Source: the human T2T-CHM13v2.0 reference genome, Homo sapiens. From it: DNA of 64,000 bases. Positions 25,736-38,700 of this stretch are shown here, in pieces. Within the stretch, counting starts at the first letter, position 1. Every line of letters begins with the position of its first letter. The stretch is from contig CP086569.2 of the NCBI GenBank assembly GCA_009914755.4, forward strand, positions 10,336,001-10,400,000. Reading direction: 5' to 3'. Below the pieces are notes generated by a model that saw nothing but the letters and a program-made list of their open reading frames with translations, was not told the origin of the DNA and did not search any database. A program made the position numbers and the translations under genes.

Positions 25736-28700
25736 TTTAACTTTCTCTTATGTGTCAGACCAGAGTTTCACAAACATCCCCAAATAATAACGTGGGTCAT
25801 AAAATATATATGCAGATACTATTTTCCTTCAAAATCCTGGTTCAATCATCTGAAATGAGACCTGGAGAACAAGCAATTCTAACAAGTATGCTAAGTGATT
25901 ATTACCAAAATGAACAACTGTGAAATATTTAGAAAACCATTCAGGAGCTAGGTAATCAACATTTAATAATTCGTTTTTACTATAAGGGTAAAGGATTTTG
26001 TTGAAATGAATATTTAAATGCAAGTTTTATTAAAAGGGTAGAATTGAGCACTTAAGTGCTTTCTAATTAGTATCTTTAAAGTATGTTTTGCTAAAGTGGA
26101 AAAATTATTTTTTCATTTGAAGATAGCATTATGCCCACAAATGAGGTCTGAGTTAGCTTTTTGAAAATCTTCAGATCATAAGTTCTAAAAATTGTCGTGG
26201 GTGTTTATAAGACACCAGAAAATCATTAAGAAAAATATAAATAAAAATACCAGTATCCAAAATATTCAAAATAACTCTTACAGATATATAAGAAAAAATA
26301 TATATACAATCTAGCCAAGTTGAAGAAAGCAGGACAGGTAAATAGTTAGATCCTTTTTAGAAAAGAAGGAAGTCAAATGACCAATGAAAAATGGCTAGAT
26401 GCTTGAGCTCATTAGTAATTTGGGGATATTAATCAAAGCCACATTAGGTTCCAACTGTCATTCATTAGCTTGGCAACTATTAAAATAATAATACTGAGTG
26501 TAGTCAAGGGTGTAAAGAATGGTAATTTTTTTCCACCAATCCACAGGACTGTCTAATGATATTTAGTAAAATTAGGGTGATGAAAACCTTTAGTGCTCCA
26601 AGGGAAACTTTTTTTAGAATAAAAGAGTACTAACATATACAAAATTATTTATTATTTAATATGTGATTTCCTTATAGACAAACTGTCTTCACTATTTCAA
26701 TGGATCTATGAAATAGTTATCTTCCAACTATTTTTGAAAATGAAATCCCTTCGGAAATTTAAAACCACAATTACATATCTTGAAGCAAAACAGAAAAATA
26801 ACTTTTTTACATTTATTATTTGAACATTAGAAATAGTAGGCAGAATAATGATTCTGGAACATATTTATATGAATTAATCCATTTCTTAACAATAATTATC
26901 CATAGTTCTTTTCTGTAAAATGCATTTCTTTTAATTTTATATTGATTTTTAAATGAAGTTACTTGCAAACTTTTCCAAAGTTGCTTCTTCTTGTCACCAA
27001 TAAAAGTTACCAATAATGTTTAGCTTTTTATCTGAACATTAATAAACATTTATTACATTGTCCAGTGTTTTATTTCTGGCACAATAATATTTCAGCAGCT
27101 TTATTTTGGTTCCAGTGATTGATTAAAAATTCAAACCACTTTTAATTTAATTTTCTGTTTGAAACATCTAAATGGCATTATTGAATTCTTTTGGAATTTC
27201 TTCTATAGCTAATGGAGATAATATACTAACAATTACTGATGCATATTTCTTAACTGCAGAAAAATTAGAATTAAAAATATACACAATTGATTTTTAAAGA
27301 ATAGTAATTTGATGTAAATAAAAAGCCAGGTATCTCAGAATTATATGCTTAATTTTTCCAAATTCATATATTAAAACTGTGAAGATGTCATCTTCATCAT
27401 CAGGAATAGTTTTCTTAATGTAACTAAGTCTTATCTTCTGAAATAGCAGCTGCTTCTTCCCCTTAGCCCTCTATATTCTGGATTTCAGGATACCACTTTT
27501 AGCCTTGTGGTCCCAACATGGACTACAAGACTTTATGATTACACCATGTGTTTCTTGGCACTTTTCAACCCATAATTTGATTCAAAGGGAAATTGAGTAG
27601 TTTTTAATTAAATACCTACTTACATTTTCCAGTCATTGCTGCTGAAACAGAATTTTTTTTAAATAGTCTACATCTAAGGATGTTCACTGTTGCAAGAGTT
27701 ACTGACTCTTTAGCCAAACACTCTATCATGGAAAAATCTAACCTAGTGGGCCATTTGGTTATGAGATGGTAAAAAATAATAAAAATATTCCTGGAATGCA
27801 GATAGTGAGAACTACCGGTCTTCAAGAAAAAGTACCCTCAGTAACAATGTGAAAGTTTGTCTGAATTTCCATTTCCACATTATCAAAATTATGCCACTTT
27901 ATGTAGCATTTCTATAAATAATTTCTGGTTTTGAAAATCTTTACTTTTGAATGTGAATTTATCTTTAAGAATTAATATTGTTTTGCAGGAACATTTGCAT
28001 ATATAAATTATGCAACATTTTATGGGAGCTCATACATGGACATCTCATACAAAGCAAGTGATGAGACAGATGTTTGAGATACATTAGGGTGGATGTAGAG
28101 GAAGCACTGTTTCTACTCTCTGGGTCTCTGATTTCCAATAAGACAAACTACAAAATAATTACAAACAAGAGTTCAAAAAAGAATGACTCAATCTCTTGTG
28201 TCCAATTGTTGTTTTGTATCCTATAAACCATTTATGCTATATCTAAGATTTAAAATGTTTTGAACATTAGATGTTGGTCTTTAGGACACCAAGTGGAGGC
28301 AGGCGGACACATGCAGTTGCTGCCTGGGGGATCTTATCTAAGGATATAAGTCAATAACAGGCAGCTGAATGGGCAGTGGTCCAGTGCCAGGTGTTTAGCT
28401 GAGACTTGTATAAGTTTCTCAGTAATTCTCAGAAGTATTCGAGGGAAATGAAACTGGTTTACCAATGCTCTTTTAAAAATCAGCTAAAGAACATCCTAAA
28501 GTGTCCTGAGGAGAAAAATGAGCAAGGTAATTTGACACAGCAAAATTACTAGGTGACTGCAGGAGCATAGAAAATCTCAGGCAGCTGTTTCACACGACTA
28601 GCAAAAATCCACTATTAAAATAGTTGCATAAACTCTGAGTTGATAAGACTGAGGAAAACCAGAAAGCTGGCTAGGAACAGCTGGACCCAAAATGGTGTTG

Positions 28701-30269
28701 AATTTCAGCTAGGTTTCATCTTGGAGAAAATAGCGAAAATATCACTACTACTACCATGCAGCTCTGCTACTACCATACAGCAGAGCAGCTGATCAAAGGC
28801 AGCAACTGCCTAACTATGGACAGTTCACATGTGAAAAACAGAAATCCCTGTTTGTTTAATTCATGCTTACTTTTTCTGTTATATGAAGTAAAAAACATTC
28901 CTTACTGCAAGAATGTTTCATTTTCTTCCTTATTCTCCACCATTTATTTTCTTCTCACATTACTTATAATTTGTAACTTATTTTGTCAAATATATGCGGT
29001 AACACTGCAGTATTATAGAAAGCACACTGCATTGGAAACAGACTCATGTTGAAATGGGAAAATATCCCTTATCTCTTCCCCGGGGGCATGCAATGAGGAC
29101 AGATTGTGGGGCTCTGATCCCAGGGAGCGTCTAGGGGTGAATGTTTACAGCTCCTGAATCCCCAGCAGGCATGTGTTACACAGTGTTAATTTAGTTTATC
29201 CATCTGTAGGCGATTTGTGCTAGCTCAGTTAGGCACCCTAGCTTACTGTAAAGACAGAGAGCTGTCTGAATCCCCGGGTTTCTTGCCTTGTTGTACCTGA
29301 AGAATTGGCTCACAGGTGGGCTTGGAGAAGAAGTACAAGGTTTCATTGACTGGAAGTTCCCAGCAGATAGATGGGGACCCAGAAGGAAGATGAAGTGGGA
29401 AGGTGGTTTTCTCTTGGAATGGGGAAGCTCAGCAGTCTCCTCCCACAGCTCTGTGGAACTCCGCGTTCTTCTGAGGTGGATGGACTGCAGCCTCAGTCCT
29501 TGTGCTCTCCTTCCTCTGTTGTCTTCTTGAGGTCCAGTTGCTGTGTCTGTTTCTGCTGATGGTTCCTCTTGATGCCCAGCTGCTGTCACTGCCTGTTAGG
29601 GTCTCCAGGTTTCTTATATCACAGGATGGAGCTGTGGCAGGCCAGGGTGGTCTTGGGAAATGCGACATTTGGGCAAGAAAACAGAAGTGCGTGTCCTCAA
29701 GTAGGTCAGTGAGCACAGGCCTGAGGGTGGAGCCCTAGCCAAGGACCATGCCCTCCTCTACCCAGCACTTCCCTTCTCCCCTTCCCTATCAATATTTTTT
29801 ATTTAAATCTCCAAAAATAATACTCAAATTCTTCAGAGAAGACAATTGGAGGAAATGGCATTAGAAGAATCTAGGATTAGGGTTACTAAATAGAAAATGG
29901 AAACAAAGAAATCATGTCCTGCAGGCCATGAATCACTGCACAGAAATATATCCCCTGCTGAGGAGAGGGAGACACACTGGCTTCTCTCCTTTTCTTGTTC
30001 TCTAATCTCTGCAGTGTCACACCTCGACTGAACTGAAACAGGAAGTAATTTTTATGGGAGCCTAGGAACCATGCCTCCCAGGGGCCAGGCCTCTCTATTA
30101 CAGAACAGTGCCAGGAGAGTGACTGATGTATCTGTGGGCATATAAACCCGGGATGACACACAAAGGAATATCAGAGAAAAATATATTATCAAAGGATCAA
30201 GAGAGGAGTAGTCTCAGGAATGATCCATGCATGATATTTGTGAAAAGACCAAAAAAGGAAAACAGAGCT

Positions 30270-30627
30270 TATTGTCACATGTGTCCCTGTGAAAACAGTT
30301 CACCAACAGGCTTTGTGTGAGCAATAAGGCTGTTTATTTCACCTGTTTGCAGGTGGGCTGAGTCGAAGAAGGAGTCAGCAAAGGGTGATGGGATTTTCAT
30401 TAGTTCTTATAGGTTTGGGATAGGTGTACAAAGTACCTTCTTAATGGTGGGGGGGGAATATATTGTATCAGTTAGGGTGGGTCAGGAACAAATCACAATG
30501 GTGGAATGTCATCTGTTAAAGCTATTTTCACTTATTTTGTGGATCTTCAGTTGCTTCAGGCCATCTGGATGTACACTTGCAGGTCACAGGGGATATGATG
30601 GCTTAGCTCAGGCTCAGAGGCCTGACA
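30270..30627 (-). repeat. HERV-H 3' LTR (LTR7)
   Basis: It is about 92-94 percent identical to the 5' LTR. cctgaca lies at 30621-30627. The polyA signal is gtgaaataaacag on the minus strand. Confidence 0.8.
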
Positions 30628-33600
30628 TTCCTGTCTTCTTATATTAATAAGAAAAACAAAACAAAATAGTGGTGAAGTGTTGAGGAGGCAAAAATTTTGG
30701 GGGGTGGTATGGACAGATAATATGCGATGTTACTCAGGGCTACTTTGAGTGGGATTAGTGGCAGCATGGGAACCTACAGTGGGAGAGCTTAAGCTGAAGG
30801 AAGATTTGTGGTAAGGGGTGATATTGTGGGGTGATTAAAAGGACCATTTGTCATATAGAATGATTGGTGATGGCCAGGATACAGTTTTGCATGAATTGAG
30901 AAACTAAATGGAAACAAGGTCCGAATAGGAGAAGGAGAAAAACAAGTATTAAAAGACTAAGAACTGGGAGACCCAGGACATTGAATTAGAGAGTGTACAA
31001 GGGGGTTCAGCATAATTACTTATTTGGTTGGTGAGTTTTTGGGCTCTATCCTTTAGTTTTTTATGTTGTCATATACCAGGCCAGATTGATTTAGGTAAAA
31101 ACAACACTCTTCATTTAAAAACATACAGAGTCCCCCCCCCAACTTTTTTTTTTTTTTTTAGCAGTGAGTAAGTCAAGGACTCAGTGATTTGAGGAAAGAG
31201 AAATGCAAAGCCAGCAAATGTTTGTTAAAGAAAGATTAGAAAAGGCTAGGATAGAGTGAGTGAGATTGTTAGTGTGATGGAGATAGCTGGGGAGAGGTAG
31301 AGGGTGGCATAAGAATATAAGAATCAGAACAAAAATAAGAGTGAGTATAAAAGTAAAGAATAGGACGTTATCAGGGTGAAAGTATTGGAGAGCGCCCTGT
31401 CAGCAAAAATCATCTATCCACTGTAAGAGGGAGTCAAGAGTAGTGGATTCGGGTTAGTACCAGGAGATGTCCACTACGATGGTTTGGAGGAAAAGTGTAA
31501 ACTGGCAGTGTAAACAAGGGCAAGGGCACTTATGAGTAGTTGAGAATGGTGAATAGGAGTATAACTAGACAGAAGATAGTAAGGACGACAAGTTTTTGAG
31601 GTGTAGTCCAAGTAGTGGGGGTGACTGGCTAAAGCCCTGTTGTAAAGAGTAGGGTAAGGAAGAAGATACCTAATAAAAATGAAAGGATGTATTAGGCTTA
31701 TAAGGGTTTCTATTATCATTGAGGAATGCAAGTGAGTTTAAGGGAAGTAGGGGTGAGTACTTGCCACTTTCAGAAGGAAGAGGAGAAATCAGACTGTCTG
31801 ATGGGCACAGGTTTACTCTGGAATGATGAACCGAATGGTGGGTGGTGGTCCTGCAGATGAACAGCCATTTGGATACTATAGATGACTAAATGGGCTCCAG
31901 TCCACTGAGGTTGTAGAGTCTGAGGGGTCCGATTTTTAACGAGAACTGACTGTCAAGTTAAAGTGTTTTCATATAGCTGGGAATCTGGGGTAGGCAAAAG
32001 AAGATTAGCAGCTCAGTGAATATCCTGTCTAGCTTGCTGGAGGACTGGAAGATAATCACCTAGAGGGCCGGTGTCTGGAATGAGACTGGGGCCTAATAAG
32101 GCCTAATACAGGAACTCAAATGGCTGTACCCTGTAGCATCCCGAGGACAGGCCCGAATTCTGAGAAGGGCAATTGGTAAAAGTACTGTCCAGTCCTTTCT
32201 AAGTTGGAGGCTAAGCTTGGTGAGGTGTGGCTTTAAAAAATCATTAGTTCTTTCTTCCTTTCCTGAGGATTGAGGGTGATAAGGAGCATGAAGTTATTAT
32301 TGAATGCCAGGAGCCTGGGAGACTGCCTGAGTGATGTGACTGATAAAGGCTGGTCTGTTATCAGACTATACAGAGGTGGGAAGGGAAAACTGAGGAATTA
32401 TGTCTGACAGAAGGAAAGAAATGACTGTGGTGGCCTTCTCAGACCCTGTGGGAAAGGCCTCTACCCATCCAGTGAAAGTGTCTACCCAGACCAAGAGGTA
32501 TTTTAGTTTCCTGACTCAGGGCATGTGAGTAAAGTTAATTTGCCAGTCCTGGGCAGGGGCAAATCCCCCCACTTGATGGGTAGGGAAAAGAGGGGGCCTG
32601 AACAATCCCTGAGGTGTGGTAGAATAGCAGATGGAACACTGAGAAGTGATTTCCTTGAGGATAGATTTCCATGATGGAAAGGAAATGAGAGGTTCTAAGA
32701 GTCAGGCTAGTGGCTTGTAACCTACATGTAAGAGGTTATGAAATGATGACAGAATAGAATGGGCCTGTGAGGCTGGAGATATTTTCCTTGGTTCAAGAAC
32801 CATTTGCCTTGTGTGGGAAGAGATTGATATATGGAAGATTTAGGGGGAGAGTAGGTGGGAGTAAGCAATGAGAAGGAGAAAAAGTGGCCATGATGAACAG
32901 AAGTTGGAATGCTAGCTGCTTGTTTAGCTACCTTATCAGCATAAGCATTTTCTTGAGCAGTGGGATCTGATGCCTTTTGATGGCCCTTGTAGTGAATGAC
33001 TTCAGCTTCCTTTGGAAGTAAAGTGGCTTTAACAAGAGTTTTTATTAAGGAGGTATTAATGATGGAGGACCTAGCATAGTGAAGAAACCTCTTTCAGCCC
33101 ATATACAGCATGGTGGTGCAGGATATTGAAGGCATATTTAGAGGCAGTATAAATATTGACACATAGTCACCTTGCAAGAGTGAGGGACTGAGTTAAGACA
33201 ATGAATTTGGCTTGCTGAGAGGTATGGAGCAGGGCAGAGTGGTAGTCTCAATGATAGATGTGGAAGATACTATAATGTAGCCTGCCTTTGCTGGTGAGTG
33301 GCAATTAGGCCTGGTGGAACAGCCATCAATAAACCAAGTGTGATCAGGGTGAGGAACAGGAAAGAAGGAAATACAGGGAAATGGAGTGAATGTCAGGTGG
33401 ATCAGGGAGATACAGTCATGGGGGTCAGGTGTGATATCCGGAGTAATGTGGAAGGCTGGATTGAAGCCTGGGCCAGGAACAATGGTAATTGTGGGAGACT
33501 CAACAAAGACTGAGTATAGCTGAAGGAGCTGGAGGGCAGAAAGTATATGTGTCAGGGGTGAAGAAGAAAATAGATTTTGGAAGTTATGAGAACTGTAGAG

Positions 33601-34044
33601 ATTGAGTTGAGCATAGTTTGTAATTTTTGATAGCCACTAAAAGAATTAAAGCAGTGGCATCCACCACACACAGACATGAGGGCTAGGCTAAAACAGTAAG
33701 GTCAAGTTGTTTGGACAGAAAAGCTACAGGGTGCAGTCCCGGCTCTTGTGAAAGAATTCCAACCACATATCCCTGTACTTTGGATGGGTGTAATGAAAAA
33801 GGTTGGGATGAGCTAAGGAGAGCTAGTGTGGGAACAGCTTTTAGGGCTGTTTGTTAAGGAATGGAAAGGGGAGTGGGGAAAGTATTTAGGATTTATTGGG
33901 TCAGCTAGGTCTATCTAGAATAGAATAATGGGTTGTGGAGGGAGGTCTCATTGAGGATAGGAGAGTATATGGGTTTGGCACTACGAGGTGGATAGGCAAG
34001 ACAATTTTGTTGATAAGGTGCAGCTCCTGAACTAACCTGTAAGA

Positions 34045-34242
34045 CTAGTCTGGTGTTTGGACAGGTAAAATGGGGGAATTGTAAGGAGAGTTTGCAGGCT
34101 TTAAAAGGCCATTCTGTGACAGGTGAGTGATAACAGGCTTTAATCCTTTGAAAGCATGCTGTGGGATGGGATATTGGCATTGAGCAAGGTAAGGCTGATT
34201 AGGTTTTAATGAGATGGTAAGGGGTGCATCATCCATTGCCAA
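34045..34242 (-). other. HERV-H pol (reverse transcriptase N-terminal) remnant ORF
   Basis: The peptide ...LKPVITHLSQNGLLKPANSPYNSPILPVQTPD resembles the gammaretroviral RT motif L(V/L)PCQSPWNTPLLPVKKP. Confidence 0.55.
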
Positions 34243-34735
34243 GGAGGGAATAGATGTGTCCTATGCTTGTGGATAAAGGTAGGGAGATACAAGGAGAGGA
34301 TGTGAAGGCAGCTTTAAACTGGAGGAAAAGGTGGCAATGAGGTGTGGCTGTAGTCCAGGAATAGTCAGGGAAACAGATAATTTAGTTAAAATGTATCAAG
34401 CTAATATGGGAGCTAGGCAGGTGGGGATAACTAAAAAGGAATGCAGGAAAGAATGTATTCCAAGTTGGCACCAGAGTTGGACAGTTTTAAGAGGTTTAGA
34501 AGCCTGGCCATCAATACCCACAACAGTTATGGAAGCAAGGGAAACATGCCCTTGAAAAGAAGGTAATATGAAGTGTGTAGCTTCCATATTGATTAAGAAG
34601 GGGACGGACTTACCCTCCACTGCAAGAGTTACTCAAAACATCTGCGATTGTCCTGTAGGCTTCTGAGGTGATCAGGCAGCATCAGTCTTCAGCCGTTAAG
34701 CTGAGAAGATCTGGAAAGGAGTCAGTCAGAGAGCC

Positions 34736-35011
34736 TTAGGCCAGAGTTCCAGGGGCTCTGGGAGTGACTGCCGGGTGAGCTGGACAGTCTGATTTCCAGT
34801 GGGGTCCTGCACAATTGGGAGACAGCTTAGGAGGAATCCTGGGCTGTGGGCATTCCTTGGCCCAGTGGCCAGATTCCCAACACTTGAAGTAAGATCCTGG
34901 GGGAGGGAGTCCTGGAGGAATGCCTGGCCCCTGCGGTTTAGGTGTATTGGAGTTCTTGTGTGCTGGAGATGTGGCTGGGGTTTCTCTCACAGAGGAGGCA
35001 AGTAATTGCAA
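34736..35011 (-). other. HERV-H gag nucleocapsid remnant ORF (two Cys-His boxes)
   Basis: The ORF-track peptide contains KCWESGHWAKEC and CAGPHWKSDC (C-X4-H-X4-C). Confidence 0.6.
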
Positions 35012-36477
35012 CTATTCTCTATTATTGTACACCTTGAAAGTGAGGTCAATTAAGCCCTGTTGTGGGGTTGAGGGCCAGAATCTAAATTTTAGAGCTTCTC
35101 TAATGTCAGGAGCCAATTGGGTAATAAAATGCATATTGAGAATAAGATGTCCTTCTGGCCCCTCTGGGTTTAGGACAGTAAAGCAGCTAAGGGTTGTTGC
35201 CAAACAGGCCATGAACTGGGCTGGGTTTTTATATTTGATGAAAAAGATCTTAAATGCTAACTGATTTGGGAGAGGTTCGATAAAGAAAAAAGGAGCATTA
35301 ACCTTGACTATGCCTTTAGCTCCAGCCACCTCTTTAAGAGGAAATTATTGGCCAGATATTGGAGGGCTAGTTGTGGAACAAAAGTGTAAGCTGGACCAGG
35401 TGTGAGGAGGGGAGGAAATAGAAGGGTTATAAGGTGGGGGAGTGGAGGCTGAGGAAGAGTTGGAACCTGACTTAGCCTGGGGAGTTGGGGAGAGGTCAGA
35501 TGAGTCCATAGAAAAGGAGGATTCAAAGGATTCAGAGCTTGGGATGGACACTGAAGGAACAGACAGGAGAGAAAGAAGAAAGATTTGGGATTAGTCACAT
35601 TAGGAGCAGAGACTAGGGAGGGACCAATGTGTAAAAGAATTCTTGGACATCAGGCACATCAGACCATTTGCCCATTTTTTGACAAAAATTATCTAGATCT
35701 TATAGGATAGACAAATTGAAAGTGCCATTCTCTGGCCACTTGGAACTACTGTCGAGTTTGTATTGGTGCCACACGGTATTGCAGAAGAAAATAAGGCACT
35801 TAAGTTTTAGGTCAGGTGTGAGTTGAAGAAGTTTTAAGTTATTGAGAACACAGGCTAAGGGAGAAGAAGGGGGAATGGAGGGTAGAAGATTGCCCATAGC
35901 GAAGGAGGTAAGTTTAAAGATAAAGGAAGAAACATGGAGAAGGGGGTGAGCAGCCCTGGGCTGCAATGTGGGTGAGCAGCCAAAGCAGGTGTCCCTGCAA
36001 TTGACTTGCCACCAAGGGAATGTGAGTGAATGACCAAGGCAGGCATCCCTGTGGTCATCAGACACCAATGAAATGTGGGTGAATAATCAGACAGGCATCC
36101 CCGCAGTGATTAAACACCAAGGGAACACTTTCTTCCTGAGTCCGTGACTGGCACCACAGTTTTGGGTTCACAGGTAAAATGTGTCTCCTTGTCTCTACTA
36201 GAGAGGAAAAAGAATTAGAATTGGAAGTATAGAGAGATTGAAGAGTAGTGAGCAAGGGAGATTGAAGAGTAGTGAGAGAGGAAGATTGAAGGGTAGCAAG
36301 AGAGACTGGAGAAGAGTGAAAAGACCACTTATCCAATTTAAAATTGATGAGATATTTCTTGGGCTGGTTGGTCTGAGGACCCGAGGTCGTAGGTGGATCT
36401 TCTTAGGGAGTGAGGGCAAGGACAGGTAACTGGTCTCCTGAAGGAGTCCTCCTGTCCTGCGTTTCAGCACCACATGT

Positions 36478-36859
36478 CATGCATGTCCGTGTGAAGAGAG
36501 TCCACCAACAGGCTTTGTGTGAGCAACAAGGCTGTTTATTTCACCTGGGTGCAGGCTGAGTCTGAAAAAGGAGTCAGCTGAGGGTTGTGGGATTATCATT
36601 AGTTCTTATAGGTTTGGGATAGGTGTACAAAGTACCTTCTTAAGGGCGGGGGAGAATATTACAAAGTACCTCCTCAAGGGAGAGGGAGAATATATCATAT
36701 CAGTTAGGGTGGGGCAGCAACAAATCACAATGGTGGAATGTCATCAGTTAAGGCTATTTTCACTTCTTTTGTGGATCTTCAGTTGCTTCAGGCCATCTGG
36801 ATGTATACTTGCAGGTCACAGGTGATATGATGACTTAGCTTGGGCTCAGAGATCTGACA
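36478..36859 (-). repeat. HERV-H 5' LTR (LTR7) with internal ~38-bp tandem duplication
   Basis: It begins at ctgaca (36854-36859, reverse complement tgtcag) and ends at ...tctcttcacacggacatgcatga. An extra acaaagtacctcctcaagggagagggagaatat unit is absent from the 3' LTR. Confidence 0.8.
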
Positions 36860-37131
36860 CTTATGAGGTAGTAAACATAACAAGAACGTAGAGAAAAAGG
36901 CAAAAAGTCTTTCCTTTTAGAATTTTAAAAATCCCTTCCGGAACCCTTTTCCCAATATCTTTCATTCATTGATTCATTCAAGAAATATTTATTGAGCTAG
37001 CATGGTCTAAGATTTTGTAAAATGGCATGATAGTCATGGTTGGTACTTCTATCATTGACAGAAAGAATGTTTCTTTTCTCCTACAATGTTTTTCTCTGAA
37101 ACATTCTTCTTGCAAATTCATATTCTTTATT

Positions 37132-37432
37132 TTTTATTTTTATTTTATTTTTTTTGAGACAGAGTCTGGATCAGTTGGACAGGCTGGAGCACAGTGGCCT
37201 GATCTTGGCTCACGACAAGCTCCACCTCCTGGGTTCATGCCATTCTCCTGCTTCAGCCTGCTGAGTAGCAGGGACTACAGGCACCCATCACCATGGCCAG
37301 CTAATTTTTCTGTATTTTCAGTTGAGATGTGTTTCACCATGTTAGCCACGGTGGTCTCAATCTGACCTCATGACCCACCCGCCTCAGCCTCCCAAAGTGC
37401 TGGGATTACAGGCATGAACAACCGTGCCTGGC
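37132..37432 (-). mobile_element. Alu
   Basis: ttttttgagacagagtctggatcagttggacaggctggagcacagtggcctgatcttggctcacgacaagctccacctcctggg... Confidence 0.85.
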
Positions 37433-38449
37433 TGCAAATTCGTATTCTTACAGATCCAATTGATTGTTCCTGCACTAAGAAGGTTCCCCAAACACGTCTA
37501 AACCCAGTTAAGAACTCCCTTTGTCTCCAACTAAGTTACTTAATTTTATATATTGTAACACTTGTTACAGTACATTGCAATTATTGTTCTTCTCTTCATT
37601 CTCCAATTAAGCTGTGAATATTTAGAAGGAAAAGGCTTTAGAGACAATGGATTGACATTTGTCAGTATTTATTTTACAAAAGATTATTAGATATTTATAC
37701 ATAATATTCTAACATATTTATCCTGATTTTTGGAAAACAATATAAATAATTTTCTCTGTGTGGGAAAGAGAGTTTCTGGGATGCCAGATGAGTTGGTCTA
37801 CCCTGTGTGAGACACCCACGGGAGCCATGGGGGGGCTCTGATGAAAAAAGTCTCCTTATTTCCTTTATGTTCTTATGCCTTGAGAGCATAACAGCTCAGT
37901 GGCATGCCACAGGTTGCTCAGGGAGATAACACTCCCTTGAAGCAGTGGAGTATAATCAAACATCTTGGCTCCTCCTGAAACCACCTCCTACCCATTTCAG
38001 TCCCAGTAAGTGAAAGATCTTAAGTAGTTTAGACACATGACTTTGCTCAAGGAAATTCACAGAAAGCGCCCCTGCTATACATCTTATTGAATGACTCATG
38101 ACTTCTCCTTCACTGATTAATCCTTTTCCTCGTCCCTTCCTCCCCTCCCATCTGCTCTAAGAACAAGAGCTTGTAAATCAATAAATTGGATGGAGGCTGG
38201 GAGCTCAGGCCATGAGCAAGCCTCCAATGCTCTGGTCCCCTAGACCCACCTTTTAAACTCTTATTCTGTCTCTTTCGAATTCCTTTGTCTCCACTGGACT
38301 CAGGGTACCTGCTGGGTGGTGTGGGACTGGTTTTCCCAACATCTCTGCCCATTCCCCATGAACTGCTCAACTTTAAACAATGTCTATGCTTTTGGAGCAA
38401 TTATACAAACTTCCAAAAAACACCTGAAAGTGTTTTTATTTTGTTTTGT

Positions 38450-38700
38450 TTCATCATATTATTTTCTAGAAACAAATTCTTGCCCCATGGCCCAGGCTGA
38501 AGTACAGTGTGCCATTACTCCTCATTGCAACCTTGAACTCCCGAGTAAGTAGAACAACAGATGAGTGCCATCATACCCTATTTAATCAATTAATTACTTT
38601 TGTAGAGTTAGGTCTTGTTAGATTGCCTATGCTGGTCTCCAACTCTGGGCTTGAAATGTCCTCCCTTCTCAGCCTCCAAAAAAGCTGGGATTCCAGGCAT
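38450..38700 (-). mobile_element. Degenerate Alu/FLAM-like element
   Basis: gaaacaaattcttgccccatggcccaggctgaagtacagtgtgccattactcctcattgcaaccttgaactcccgag... Confidence 0.5.

Larger units (their letters stand above)
30270..36859 (-). mobile_element. HERV-H provirus (LTR7-int-LTR7), about 6.6 kb, internally deleted/degenerate
   Basis: The flanking LTRs read, on the minus strand, TGTCAGGCCTCTGAGC...AATAAACAGCCTT(A/G)TTGCTCACACAAAGCCTGTTGGTG, matching the LTR7 consensus. A His-tRNA-like PBS, tggtgctgaaacgcagga, follows the 5' LTR. Minus-strand remnant ORFs carry gag NC Cys-His boxes and a gammaretroviral RT motif. Confidence 0.85.

Noticed and set aside
29191-29716. 132-aa and 95-aa minus-strand ORFs in a moderately GC-rich island
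   Set aside because: They have no recognisable homology. The region may be an old LTR/MaLR-type repeat, but I cannot classify it confidently from memory, so it is left unannotated.
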